From: Planctomycetota bacterium
GTDB taxonomy: Bacteria; Planctomycetota; UBA11346
Length of the DNA stretch: 57,203 nt
Direction of reading: 5' to 3'
Assembly: GCA_031426335.1 (NCBI GenBank)
Contig: JANPLC010000169.1
Location: forward strand, 1 to 57,203
How positions within the stretch are numbered: the stretch's first letter is position 1; each line of letters opens with the position of its first letter. Below the pieces are notes generated by a model. That model searched no databases. It saw only the letters and a program-made list of their open reading frames with translations, and was not told the DNA's origin. Position numbers and translations under genes: made by a program. This document shows, in pieces, positions 49,493 through 57,203 of the stretch.

Positions 49493-50257
49493 TCATGCTC
49501 TCCACAGTCCCGCCTCTTTGATGATCGCTTTCTCATTCTGCGTCAGCTCTTCCTTCTTCAGCGGCTGGATAGCGCTGAAGAAGTACTGCTTCTCGGTGAC
49601 GATGACCTTCACTCGCGCGAGTGGGATGTGGAATGTGCGCCACAGCTTGTCGGCAAGGTCGGCGTATTCCGGCTTGAGGCATTTACCGAGCACCAAGCGC
49701 AAGGTGTCGATGCGCGCATCGGCCTGCATCGCCTGGCACACCACCGCATATTTGTTCGACATGGTCAGCGACTTGAAGGCTTCGGTCAGGCTGGCGTGAT
49801 CGGCGATGAGGATGCCTTCATCCTGGAACGGATTGATGGGATACGCGATCAGCGGCGGCGCGAGATTGACCGTCTGATCGTTGGCGATCTCCCACTCGGG
49901 AATGGGAATGCCGGCCGCCTGCGCTTTGGACAACGCGAGCGGCACGACGTACGCGTCGATCGCCGCCTGCGGGCTGGGGAAGGCAAGCATGCCTTCGTGC
50001 TCAGCTTCCATGCTGCGGTAGTAGCCGTCGCCTAGGTAGGTGTAGTCCCCCTCCAGATTGACGAACACGCCCTGCGCACGCAGGTCGTCCGGTAAAGCCG
50101 GCATGGGGAAATTCGCTTGGGTCATTGGTCGTGGTCGCGATGTCGCGCTGTTGGCGCTGTTCGCGCCATTGGCAGACAAGCCATCAGTGGAGCGACGATC
50201 GCGCGCGGGCGTCGGGCTGGCAGGAGGAGCGGTCGAGGGTTCGGTTTTTTGCGCCAT
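49493..50257 (-). CDS. RLAN (RimK-like ATP-grasp N-terminal) domain protein
   Basis: FVNLEGDYTYLGDGYYRSMEAE...PS matches the RLAN pattern NL...Y.Y...GYY.S..AE. The start could be the Met at 50125. Confidence 0.72.
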   Translation of the reverse strand: MAQKTEPSTAPPASPTPARDRRSTDGLSANGANSANSATSRPRPMTQANFPMPALPDDLRAQGVFVNLEGDYTYLGDGYYRSMEAEHEGMLAFPSPQAAIDAYVVPLALSKAQAAGIPIPEWEIANDQTVNLAPPLIAYPINPFQDEGILIADHASLTEAFKSLTMSNKYAVVCQAMQADARIDTLRLVLGKCLKPEYADLADKLWRTFHIPLARVKVIVTEKQYFFSAIQPLKKEELTQNEKAIIKEAGLWRA

Positions 50258-50369
50258 GGTATCGTCGGCCGCGAAGGCGAACGGACGATCGGCGGGATGC
50301 TAAGAGGGCTGTGATCAAGGAAAGGGCTTTGTCTCTCCGGCGCGTCGGCGCTCCTGACACCAGCGTAGT

Positions 50370-50879
50370 TCACCGGGCGACGACGTGGGCGGCCAGGGCG
50401 GCGAACTCGGCGGCCTGGAGCTGCATGAGCTGTTCGCGTGGTGCTGCTGCGCTGCTCAGCGCCGCGGCGCAGGCATCGACCATCGCTGCCGGACGCCACC
50501 GTCCATGGTCCACCAACGCCGGCAGTCCCAGCCTGAGCGCGGCCGCAGCCACCGTGGCAGAGATCGGATGTTCACCGACCTCGCGAAACCAGTACTTGGC
50601 GTTGCCGAAGTCGCCTTCGCGCCGGTGCAGCAAGGCGTGGACATAGTCACAATCGGCGTGGCCTTCGTGGGCTTGGCACAACTCATGGGCGGCGGCGAGG
50701 TCATCGTGCCACAACAAGGCCGTGGCCAGACCGGCGGCGATACGCTCCTTGGGCAATCCCGCCAGTGCCGCCGCCAAGTCATACATAAGGGCCTGGGCCG
50801 GCGCGACGCCCGCACGTGGACCGCGGTCCAACGCGGCGAGCCCCGCAGTGTCGATCAAGGTCCAGACATCAGCGGTCAT
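50370..50879 (-). CDS. Conserved hypothetical protein
   Basis: LWHDDL..AHELCQ...YVHALLHRREGDFGNAKYWF..VGEHP motif of a widespread uncharacterised family. Confidence 0.75.
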   Translation of the reverse strand: MTADVWTLIDTAGLAALDRGPRAGVAPAQALMYDLAAALAGLPKERIAAGLATALLWHDDLAAAHELCQAHEGHADCDYVHALLHRREGDFGNAKYWFREVGEHPISATVAAAALRLGLPALVDHGRWRPAAMVDACAAALSSAAAPREQLMQLQAAEFAALAAHVVAR

Positions 50880-50909
50880 GCTGGCAGCGTGCGCTCAGCC
50901 GTGGCGACA

Positions 50910-50979
50910 CAAGGTGGGCTACTCAAGGTGGGCTACTCATGCGCCCTACTCATGTGCCCTACTTATGGTGTGCCCCTAC
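50910..50979. repeat. Five degenerate 13-16-bp tandem units ending in CTACT
   Basis: caaggtgggctact x2, catgcgccctact, catgtgccctact, tatggtgtgccctact; the last unit contains the stop codon of 50976-52418. Confidence 0.8.
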
Positions 50980-52418
50980 TGCTTCTTGGTCGAAACCCAT
51001 TTGAGCGACAGGCCGTTGAATGCTTTCACCCCGGCAGCGGTGAAGTTCACCGCCACGCCGTCGTCGCCCATCACCAGCTTGCCGGGTTTCAGGGTGATCA
51101 CGGTGCCGTCCTTGCCGCCGTTCGGCAGGGTAAACGAGACCACCAAGCCGTCGAGGTCGGCGTCGCGTTTGTTGCGCAGCACGCCGCTGACGGCCAAACC
51201 GTCCTTGTCCGGACGCGTTGAGGTCACGGTGAATTCCAGGCCATCGACCAGCAATGCCGGAGTCGTCGGGCTCTTGGGCACATTCGCGGTGGCGCCACCT
51301 TGGGGCGGCGGCTCGGCGCTCTTCCACCCGACTTCGTAGCCGCTCCAGCTGCCGACCGTGCTGATGTCAGTGCTCAGGTCGCGTTCTTCGCCGGCCTTCA
51401 GGTCACCAACCGGTAGGCTGAGTGATTTCACTGCCTTGCCGTTGCTGTCGGTCAAGGTGACCTGGACCACCACACCATGCAGCGCGGATTTGTAGCCGTT
51501 GCGCACCTTCGCTTTGAGCACCTTGCCTTCGGCACGGACCTGGGCGATCTCGACATCCTCGGCGCCGGTGAAGCTGCCAGGGTCGAGCGTGCTGATGTCG
51601 GTCATCTTGGTGGCGATGGCGAGATTGGCGAAGGGCGGGACCTTCGCCACGCTCAGCTTGACCTCGCCGACGTAGCCACCCGCCAGTTCATTCTTGTCGT
51701 TTTTCCCAGGCTTGAGTTCGTGGCTGTGCACGGTCTTGCCAGCGCCGTCCTTGAACAACAACGTCTGGACCACGTCCTTGGCCGGTTTGCCGCCGATGTT
51801 CCACAGCATGTAGCTGACCGCAGCGACCTTCTTGGCCTCGTCGTGTTCGAAATTCTGGTTCAGGCTGATGAGGTAGGGCACGTTGGCGACTTCGCTGAGC
51901 GACACTGGCAGCATCGCCACCTTGTCCCACGCCAGGTAGATTTCCTGCGCGTCCTTGCCGCCGTCCTTCCAGGCGATTTCGACTTGGAAGGCCTGGAACG
52001 TCGGGCAGTTCAGCTTGTAGCTGAGATCCCGCGTCTCGCCGGGTGACCACTTGCCCAGGGTAATCCACGGCCCGCTGGTCTGTGCCTTGCGCGCCGGATC
52101 AAGCGTGACCACGCGGTACTTCGCAGTTTCGACGGCCTTGGCCGGGCCGCGCACGCGCAGCTCAAACATGAAGAATGGTTTGTAATTGTCGTCCGCGCGA
52201 CCGCTCCACAGGTATTCGCCGACGATGGTCGGCCACGCCGCGGGTTTGGGCGCGGTGGCCGCCTGTTTGGCGAACGAGGCCTTTGCATCGGCCTTGCCAG
52301 CTTCCATCCACGCCGGGGCGGTGGCGGGTTTGTCGGCCGCGCTCAGCGTCTGGGAAAGCGTCAGGGACGTGACGGCGAGCAGCAGAAACAGGGCGGCAGA
52401 TGGCAGCAGACGGGGCAT
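50976..52418 (-). CDS. Hypothetical secreted protein with several Ig-like (FxLYD/CARDB-like) beta domains
   Basis: Signal peptide; repeated patterns V.N...GVVVQVTL.D.NGK...VGDLKAGEER and LGKWSPGETR; GAGG RBS. Confidence 0.7.
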   Translation of the reverse strand: MPRLLPSAALFLLLAVTSLTLSQTLSAADKPATAPAWMEAGKADAKASFAKQAATAPKPAAWPTIVGEYLWSGRADDNYKPFFMFELRVRGPAKAVETAKYRVVTLDPARKAQTSGPWITLGKWSPGETRDLSYKLNCPTFQAFQVEIAWKDGGKDAQEIYLAWDKVAMLPVSLSEVANVPYLISLNQNFEHDEAKKVAAVSYMLWNIGGKPAKDVVQTLLFKDGAGKTVHSHELKPGKNDKNELAGGYVGEVKLSVAKVPPFANLAIATKMTDISTLDPGSFTGAEDVEIAQVRAEGKVLKAKVRNGYKSALHGVVVQVTLTDSNGKAVKSLSLPVGDLKAGEERDLSTDISTVGSWSGYEVGWKSAEPPPQGGATANVPKSPTTPALLVDGLEFTVTSTRPDKDGLAVSGVLRNKRDADLDGLVVSFTLPNGGKDGTVITLKPGKLVMGDDGVAVNFTAAGVKAFNGLSLKWVSTKKQ

Positions 52419-52528
52419 TGGGACCTCAGGGAACTAAACGACACCCATGAATGCGGGTTCGGGTCAGCCTATGTCAGGTTGTACGCTGTCACCTGGGAGT
52501 TCCACGTAGCCCTCAGCGGGCAGACCGC

Positions 52529-52945
52529 TTATGGCTGCTTACCGGTGAAGCGGTGGACGATCGGGGTCTTGCCCGGCTTGGACCAGGTGCGCTGGCCCTG
52601 GATGGTCTGGCCCTGAATGGTGCCTTCAAAACGCAGCTCGCCGTGTTCCGCGCTCGCCATGGAGAAGTGGAACTGCAACTCGCCGGTAGCCTTGGTTTTG
52701 CTGCCCTTCCCCGCGACCACAGCGACCACGGTATAGACGCCCTTGGCGTAGCCGTACTTCTTGCCGGCGGCTTGGCACTCGGCGAAACCCTCGGTGAACA
52801 CCAGCGTGTCCTGGCCCTGGGCTTTGCCGCTGTCGGCCTCGACCAGTCCGATGGCGTAGGTGCGGCCATCCAGGGTTGGCGCTGACGCCGCACAGAGCGA
52901 AGGCGAAAACCACGCCAGCAGGGCGAGGAGCAGGAACAGGCGCAT
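52529..52945 (-). CDS. Hypothetical secreted protein (138 aa)
   Basis: GGAGG RBS before MRLFLLLALLAW; beta-rich mature part. Confidence 0.7.
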   Translation of the reverse strand: MRLFLLLALLAWFSPSLCAASAPTLDGRTYAIGLVEADSGKAQGQDTLVFTEGFAECQAAGKKYGYAKGVYTVVAVVAGKGSKTKATGELQFHFSMASAEHGELRFEGTIQGQTIQGQRTWSKPGKTPIVHRFTGKQP

Positions 52946-53214
52946 AGGACCTCCAGTGGATGCGCCTGACCAGCATCGCACGTGCCGGCCACCTGGGGAC
53001 TTTGGACGCGTTGTTGGCGAACACCTCGACATCCCCCTGCCGGCATGTCCGGGTTGGCAACAGACGCCCCGGTCGTCATGGGTCGTTACAGACCAGTCGC
53101 GCGGATGGGCATCGGGAATGAGTGGCACAGTCCCCCCGCTGGTCCAGATCATCACCCATGCCAGACAGGCGACGTAGGCCATAGTCCCCGACCGGCACTG
53201 GTCCGGCCGTTAAA

Positions 53215-53259
53215 CAGCGGCACACGGCAGCGGCACACGGCAGCGGCACACGACAGCGG
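53215..53259 (+). repeat. 13-bp tandem repeat CAGCGGCACACGG x3.5, directly upstream of the GspE/PilB start
   Basis: Units at 53215-53227, 53228-53240, 53241-53253 and a partial at 53254-53259. Confidence 0.85.
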
Positions 53260-53267
53260 AGACGAGC

Positions 53268-54947
53268 ATGCGCAAGTTCCTTGGCGAGATCCTGATGGAA
53301 ATGGAGGCCGTGACCGACGCGCAGGTCAAGGCGGCCCTGAAAAAGCAGAACGCCGGCGACAAGCACATGGTCGGACAATTGCTGGTCGAGGCCGAGGCGT
53401 GCTCGCCAGAAGACATCGCGCGGGCGCTCGCTGAGCAATTTGACATGCGCTTCTACGACCTCGAGTCGATGGACGTGCCACGCAAGATCATCGACATCGT
53501 GCCGCAAGAACTGGCGCGCGAAAAACTGGTGTTCCCGGTGGGCATGAACGGCCGCACGTTGGCGGTGGCGATGGCCAATCCACTCGACCTCGAAGTGGTC
53601 GACACCTTGCGTTTCTCGACCTCCTACGCGATCGAAGTCGCGGTGGCGAGCGAACGCCAGATCAAAGGTGCGATCGAAAAGGCCTGGGGTCTGACCGAGA
53701 ACAAGCTCGACCAAATGCTCGGCGAGATGTCGCAGGACATCAGCTACCGCGCGCAGGGCGAAGAAGGCGGCGGTGAAGACGACGCGCTGATCGTCAAGTT
53801 CGTGCAGCAAATCATCACCAACGCGTTGACCAACCGCGCCTCGGACATCCACATCGAGCCGATGAGCGAAAACCTGCGCATCCGCTACCGCATCGACGGC
53901 GTCTGCTTCACCATGGATCCGGCGCCAAAACGCCTCCAGGGTCCGGTGATCCAGCGCCTGAAGATCATGGCCGGCATGATGATCGAAGAAAAACGCAAAC
54001 CGCAGGACGGCCGCATCAAGGTCAAGATCGGTGAAAAGCCGCTCGATCTGCGTGTCTCCTGCCTGCCGTCGGTGCACGGCGAATCGATCGTTATGCGTCT
54101 GCTCGACAGCGACAGCCTCAAGCTGTCACTCGACGACATGGGCATGGATCCGACCGACCTCAAGGTCTTCCACGGCCTGATCAAACGTCCGAACGGCATC
54201 ATCCTGGTGACCGGTCCTACGGGTTCGGGCAAGACTACCACGCTGTACGCTACGCTGCACACGCTCAACACCATTGACCGTAAGATCATCACCGCCGAAG
54301 ACCCGGTCGAATACCACCTCAACGGCATCAACCAATGCCAGGTGAACCACAAGATCGGCATGAACTTCCCGCGCATCCTGCGCGCAATGCTGCGCCAAGC
54401 GCCCAACGTCATCCTGGTCGGTGAAATCCGTGACGCCGAAACCGCGCAGATCGCCATTCAGGCATCGCTCACCGGTCACTTGGTGTTCAGCACGCTGCAC
54501 ACCAACGACGCACCGAGTGCGCTCACCCGTTTGATCGACATGGGCGTGCCGCCGTTCCTGGTCGCGACCTCGATCCAGGCGGTGCTGGCGCAGCGCCTGA
54601 TTCGCACCAACTGTCCGAAGTGCCTGGAGCCGTTCATGCCCGACGCGCGCCAGCTCGAACTGCTCAAGCTGCGCCCCGAACAGCTCGCCAATCAACAGTT
54701 CAAACGCGGCAAGGGCTGCGACAACTGCAAGGGCAGCGGCTACCGCGGCCGGCGTGGCATCTTCGAGATGATGACCATGAACCGTTCGATCCGCGACCTC
54801 GCCTTCAACAAGGCCTCGACCAGCGAAGTGCGCAAGGCAGCGGTCGCCAACGGCATGAACACCTTGTCGATGGACGGTGCGCGCAAGGCGCTGCAAGGCA
54901 TCACCACACCAGATGAAGTCATTCGCATGGCGAAGACTGACGACTAG
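53268..54947 (+). CDS. GspE/PilB family assembly ATPase with MshEN-like N-terminus
   Basis: ASDIHIEP, RYRIDG, PQDGRI, GPTGSGKTTTLY, EDPVEY, VGEIRD, TGHLVFSTLHTND, CPKC...CDNC. Confidence 0.94.
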   Translation: MRKFLGEILMEMEAVTDAQVKAALKKQNAGDKHMVGQLLVEAEACSPEDIARALAEQFDMRFYDLESMDVPRKIIDIVPQELAREKLVFPVGMNGRTLAVAMANPLDLEVVDTLRFSTSYAIEVAVASERQIKGAIEKAWGLTENKLDQMLGEMSQDISYRAQGEEGGGEDDALIVKFVQQIITNALTNRASDIHIEPMSENLRIRYRIDGVCFTMDPAPKRLQGPVIQRLKIMAGMMIEEKRKPQDGRIKVKIGEKPLDLRVSCLPSVHGESIVMRLLDSDSLKLSLDDMGMDPTDLKVFHGLIKRPNGIILVTGPTGSGKTTTLYATLHTLNTIDRKIITAEDPVEYHLNGINQCQVNHKIGMNFPRILRAMLRQAPNVILVGEIRDAETAQIAIQASLTGHLVFSTLHTNDAPSALTRLIDMGVPPFLVATSIQAVLAQRLIRTNCPKCLEPFMPDARQLELLKLRPEQLANQQFKRGKGCDNCKGSGYRGRRGIFEMMTMNRSIRDLAFNKASTSEVRKAAVANGMNTLSMDGARKALQGITTPDEVIRMAKTDD

Positions 54948-55096
54948 TTGTTTCGAGGGCTTCGCCCTCGCGCTCCCACGGACTTTGTCGGGATTAGATT
55001 TTCTGCTCCGCAGAAAATCTTGGGCGGATGGCCTGCGGCCATTGTATCCGCCCACCACCCCTCGGCGTCCGAGGCGCCTCCTGTGTTCGCATCACC

Positions 55097-55564
55097 TCAC
55101 TTCGGCGGCGCAGCCTTCAACGTTACCACCACGCGGACTTTTTGATCGGCTGACGGTGTGACTCCGACGATCGCGATGGCGCCTGGGCGCTGAGCGACTA
55201 ACTCCAAGGCTTCGGTGGCACCAGAGGTGCTGATCGGCATCGCGCCATTACCGGAGAACAGAATCCGTTTCCAGCCCCGCAACAGTCGATCGAGATCACG
55301 GCCGGTGAGTTCTTCGATCGCCGCGCGACTGCCCGGATCCGCCGAAAGGATCAGCACAATCTGCGACCCATCCGCCCAGGTGGTGACGCGACCAAGCAGG
55401 ATGTTGCGCAGCAGATCGCGATCGACGGCATCAGCTCGCTCCGCCTTGACGATCGCCACCTGCGCCCACGCCGAAGTGGTCAACAGCAACAGCAGCGCGA
55501 CGGAAACCGTGGTCGAGACCACCTTTGCTGCTGCCGAACCCAAGAAGGTGAGTGGGCGACGCAT
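55097..55564 (-). CDS. Small exported protein with a truncated periplasmic-binding-protein-like pattern
   Basis: LRNILLGRVTTWADGS...WKRILFSGNG..P...LVAQRPGAI pattern typical of small partners of the upstream barrel family; TGATG overlap. Confidence 0.7.
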   Translation of the reverse strand: MRRPLTFLGSAAAKVVSTTVSVALLLLLTTSAWAQVAIVKAERADAVDRDLLRNILLGRVTTWADGSQIVLILSADPGSRAAIEELTGRDLDRLLRGWKRILFSGNGAMPISTSGATEALELVAQRPGAIAIVGVTPSADQKVRVVVTLKAAPPK

Positions 55565-56778
55565 CAGAAATCGACCGTGGTCTTGAGGGCGAACAGATGC
55601 CAATACGAATTGATGCCCTGCGGATTATCCGAGCTCAGCACACTGTTGGTGCCGTCCTGGAACTGGTATTCCGCTTTCAACGTCCAATTGCGCAGCGGCA
55701 TGAGGTTGACTGCGCCCACCCAGCTCCAGCTGTAGGTGGTCGGGCGATTCAGCAGTTCGCTGCGGCGGTATTCCGCAGCCGCATATAATTCCAGCCAGCG
55801 GCTGGTGTGCCACGTGGCGCTGGCGTAGCCGCCGTTGTAATCAAATTCGTAGGGCCTGACGGTAGCGCCAGACGTGCTTTCGCCCTCGGTAGCAATGTTG
55901 AGGTATTCGAGTGCAAAGGTCCAGTCGTGTGGCTCCCATTCCAGGGATGCGACCATGCTGCGGCTGTCGCTGACAAAATGGACGTCGAGCGGCGGTCCCG
56001 CCGTGGCTGGACCATCCACCTCGATGTCATTGCTCTGATAATAGGTCAGCCGCATGCGGAAGTCAGGCAGTGGGGTCTCCCATTGCAGCATGCCACCGAA
56101 CACCGCACCGACCGAGATGTCGGTCACTGCGATGCGGGCGGTTTCCCCCACATAGGTGGCGTAGGCGCCATCGTTGTCGAAGTGCTTGGTCCCGGCGAAG
56201 ACCGTGTAGGCAAGCGCGCCAGCAGCGTCCAACTCGGCACGTCCTGAAACTTTGCCACCATCGACCGACACCAGCAGTTCGCGCAAACGCGTGGGATAAA
56301 CCGCTTGCGGCAGGAACACCTCGGTGCGGGCCGCGTCGATATCCTGGATCTCATTGTAGAACCCGAGCGGGATCTTCACCCGCCCGACCTGGATATCGCA
56401 CAAAGGATGCGCCTGGACGTCAACGTAAGCCCAGTCGAGTTCGACGCGGCCGTTGTCGTAGCGCCCAAAATCGCGCACAAAGAGCTGGGCGCCCAGGCGG
56501 ACCCGGTCCCATGGCCGCGCAATCGCATTCATCGCCGCTTCGTAGAACTCCGTCGTGCCGTCAGTGGAGTCGGCGGCGTAGACGTTGTTTTCCCAGGTGC
56601 GCAAGTAGCCGAAGCTGACGAAGCCGTGGGCTTCGAGGTTCAGCGAATCCAGGGTCGAGGTCTCGGCCGCCCACAGTCCCGCATCCGGCCTGCACGCCAG
56701 CAACGCGCCTACGAGGCCAACAACCAAGACAGGTTGGTGACTACGAACCAGCAGCGGAGATAACACTTGGTGCTTCAT
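55564..56778 (-). CDS. Outer-membrane beta-barrel (porin-like) protein
   Basis: HGFVSFGY, ELDWAY, GRVKIPLGFYNE..D motifs; amphipathic strands; C-terminal TTVDF. Confidence 0.8.
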   Translation of the reverse strand: MKHQVLSPLLVRSHQPVLVVGLVGALLACRPDAGLWAAETSTLDSLNLEAHGFVSFGYLRTWENNVYAADSTDGTTEFYEAAMNAIARPWDRVRLGAQLFVRDFGRYDNGRVELDWAYVDVQAHPLCDIQVGRVKIPLGFYNEIQDIDAARTEVFLPQAVYPTRLRELLVSVDGGKVSGRAELDAAGALAYTVFAGTKHFDNDGAYATYVGETARIAVTDISVGAVFGGMLQWETPLPDFRMRLTYYQSNDIEVDGPATAGPPLDVHFVSDSRSMVASLEWEPHDWTFALEYLNIATEGESTSGATVRPYEFDYNGGYASATWHTSRWLELYAAAEYRRSELLNRPTTYSWSWVGAVNLMPLRNWTLKAEYQFQDGTNSVLSSDNPQGINSYWHLFALKTTVDF

Positions 56779-56896
56779 GGTCGGAAGGGGTTCTTTCCTA
56801 ACATACCATCGCTGCGTGGCCACCGCTCAGTTTCCATGGGTTGGCCGATCCCCGATCTGGTGTCCGCAAACCGTACGATCGTCGCACTATAATGCA

Positions 56897-57203
56897 TCAG
56901 AAGTCCACGGTCGTCTTGAACGCCAGCACTTGCCAGCTGTTCGATACGCCCTGTGGGTTATCCGAGCCCAGGATGCCGATGCGGCCGTCGTGGATCTGGT
57001 ATTCGGCCTTAAGCGACCAATTCGACAGCGGCATCAGATTGAACGCCGCGATGTAGGCCCAGCCCTCACTGACGGTGCCGGACTGCACCGACTGTTGGTA
57101 CTCCACCGCGGCATACGCGTCGAACCACGTGGTCGCGTGCCAGGTCGCACTGAGGTAACCGGCATGGTAGTCGCGTTCGACCGCGATGGGCGTCGGCGCC
57201 GAG
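56897..57203 (-). CDS. 3' end of a paralogous beta-barrel gene (truncated by the window edge)
   Basis: NLMPLSNWSLKAEYQ...SDNPQG...WQVLAFKTTVDF closely matches the C-terminus of 55564-56778. Confidence 0.82.
   Translation of the reverse strand, partial: SAPTPIAVERDYHAGYLSATWHATTWFDAYAAVEYQQSVQSGTVSEGWAYIAAFNLMPLSNWSLKAEYQIHDGRIGILGSDNPQGVSNSWQVLAFKTTVDF

Noticed and set aside
49493-50257. N-terminal 44 aa of the RLAN protein as a RiPP (graspetide) precursor
   Set aside because: Low-complexity segment without a repeated TxxxE/D-type core, and the ligase is RimK/RLAN type; it may simply reflect an over-long start call.
50910-53259. Short tandem arrays considered as CRISPR
   Set aside because: Units are 13-16 bp with no unique spacers, and no cas genes are present.

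Overview
A 57.2-kb, GC-rich bacterial chromosomal segment with about 51 coding regions. The ECF-sigma/FecR pairs and large modular secreted carbohydrate proteins suggest a diderm of the PVC group, probably Planctomycetota; this is inference. I saw no rRNA, tRNA, CRISPR array, transposase or integrase. Gene order: (1) plant-polysaccharide block with a CE15-type esterase, a GH5-PKD-PKD enzyme, an ECF sigma and a FecR anti-sigma fused to a GH10 domain whose acid/base Glu is replaced by Asp; (2) ackA-pta; (3) a sulfate-starvation module (Rrf2 regulator, two DUF2292/YezD genes, OprO/P-type porin, sbp-cysTWA) with three candidate operators, a structured intergenic region and a Cys-Cys short ORF; (4) an orphan ECF sigma and an SSS symporter; (5) a second ECF/FecR pair upstream of a 1.3-kaa sugar-dehydrogenase/diheme/PA14 protein; (6) an alpha/beta hydrolase, two STN-like proteins and rpoD; (7) a pilG/H/I-like ABC trio, DedA, an AraC-oxidoreductase-isomerase trio, nrnA and pyk; (8) envelope lipoproteins; (9) a split RLAN/RimK-like ATP-grasp/GNAT operon; (10) a GspE/PilB ATPase and a tandem pair of beta-barrel genes at the right edge. 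Several REP-like and short tandem inverted repeats lie in intergenic spacers. The best candidates for an undescribed system are the FecR-GH10 sugar-sensing sigma cascade and the layered control of the sulfate operon. All family calls come from motif recognition by eye, not from database searches.
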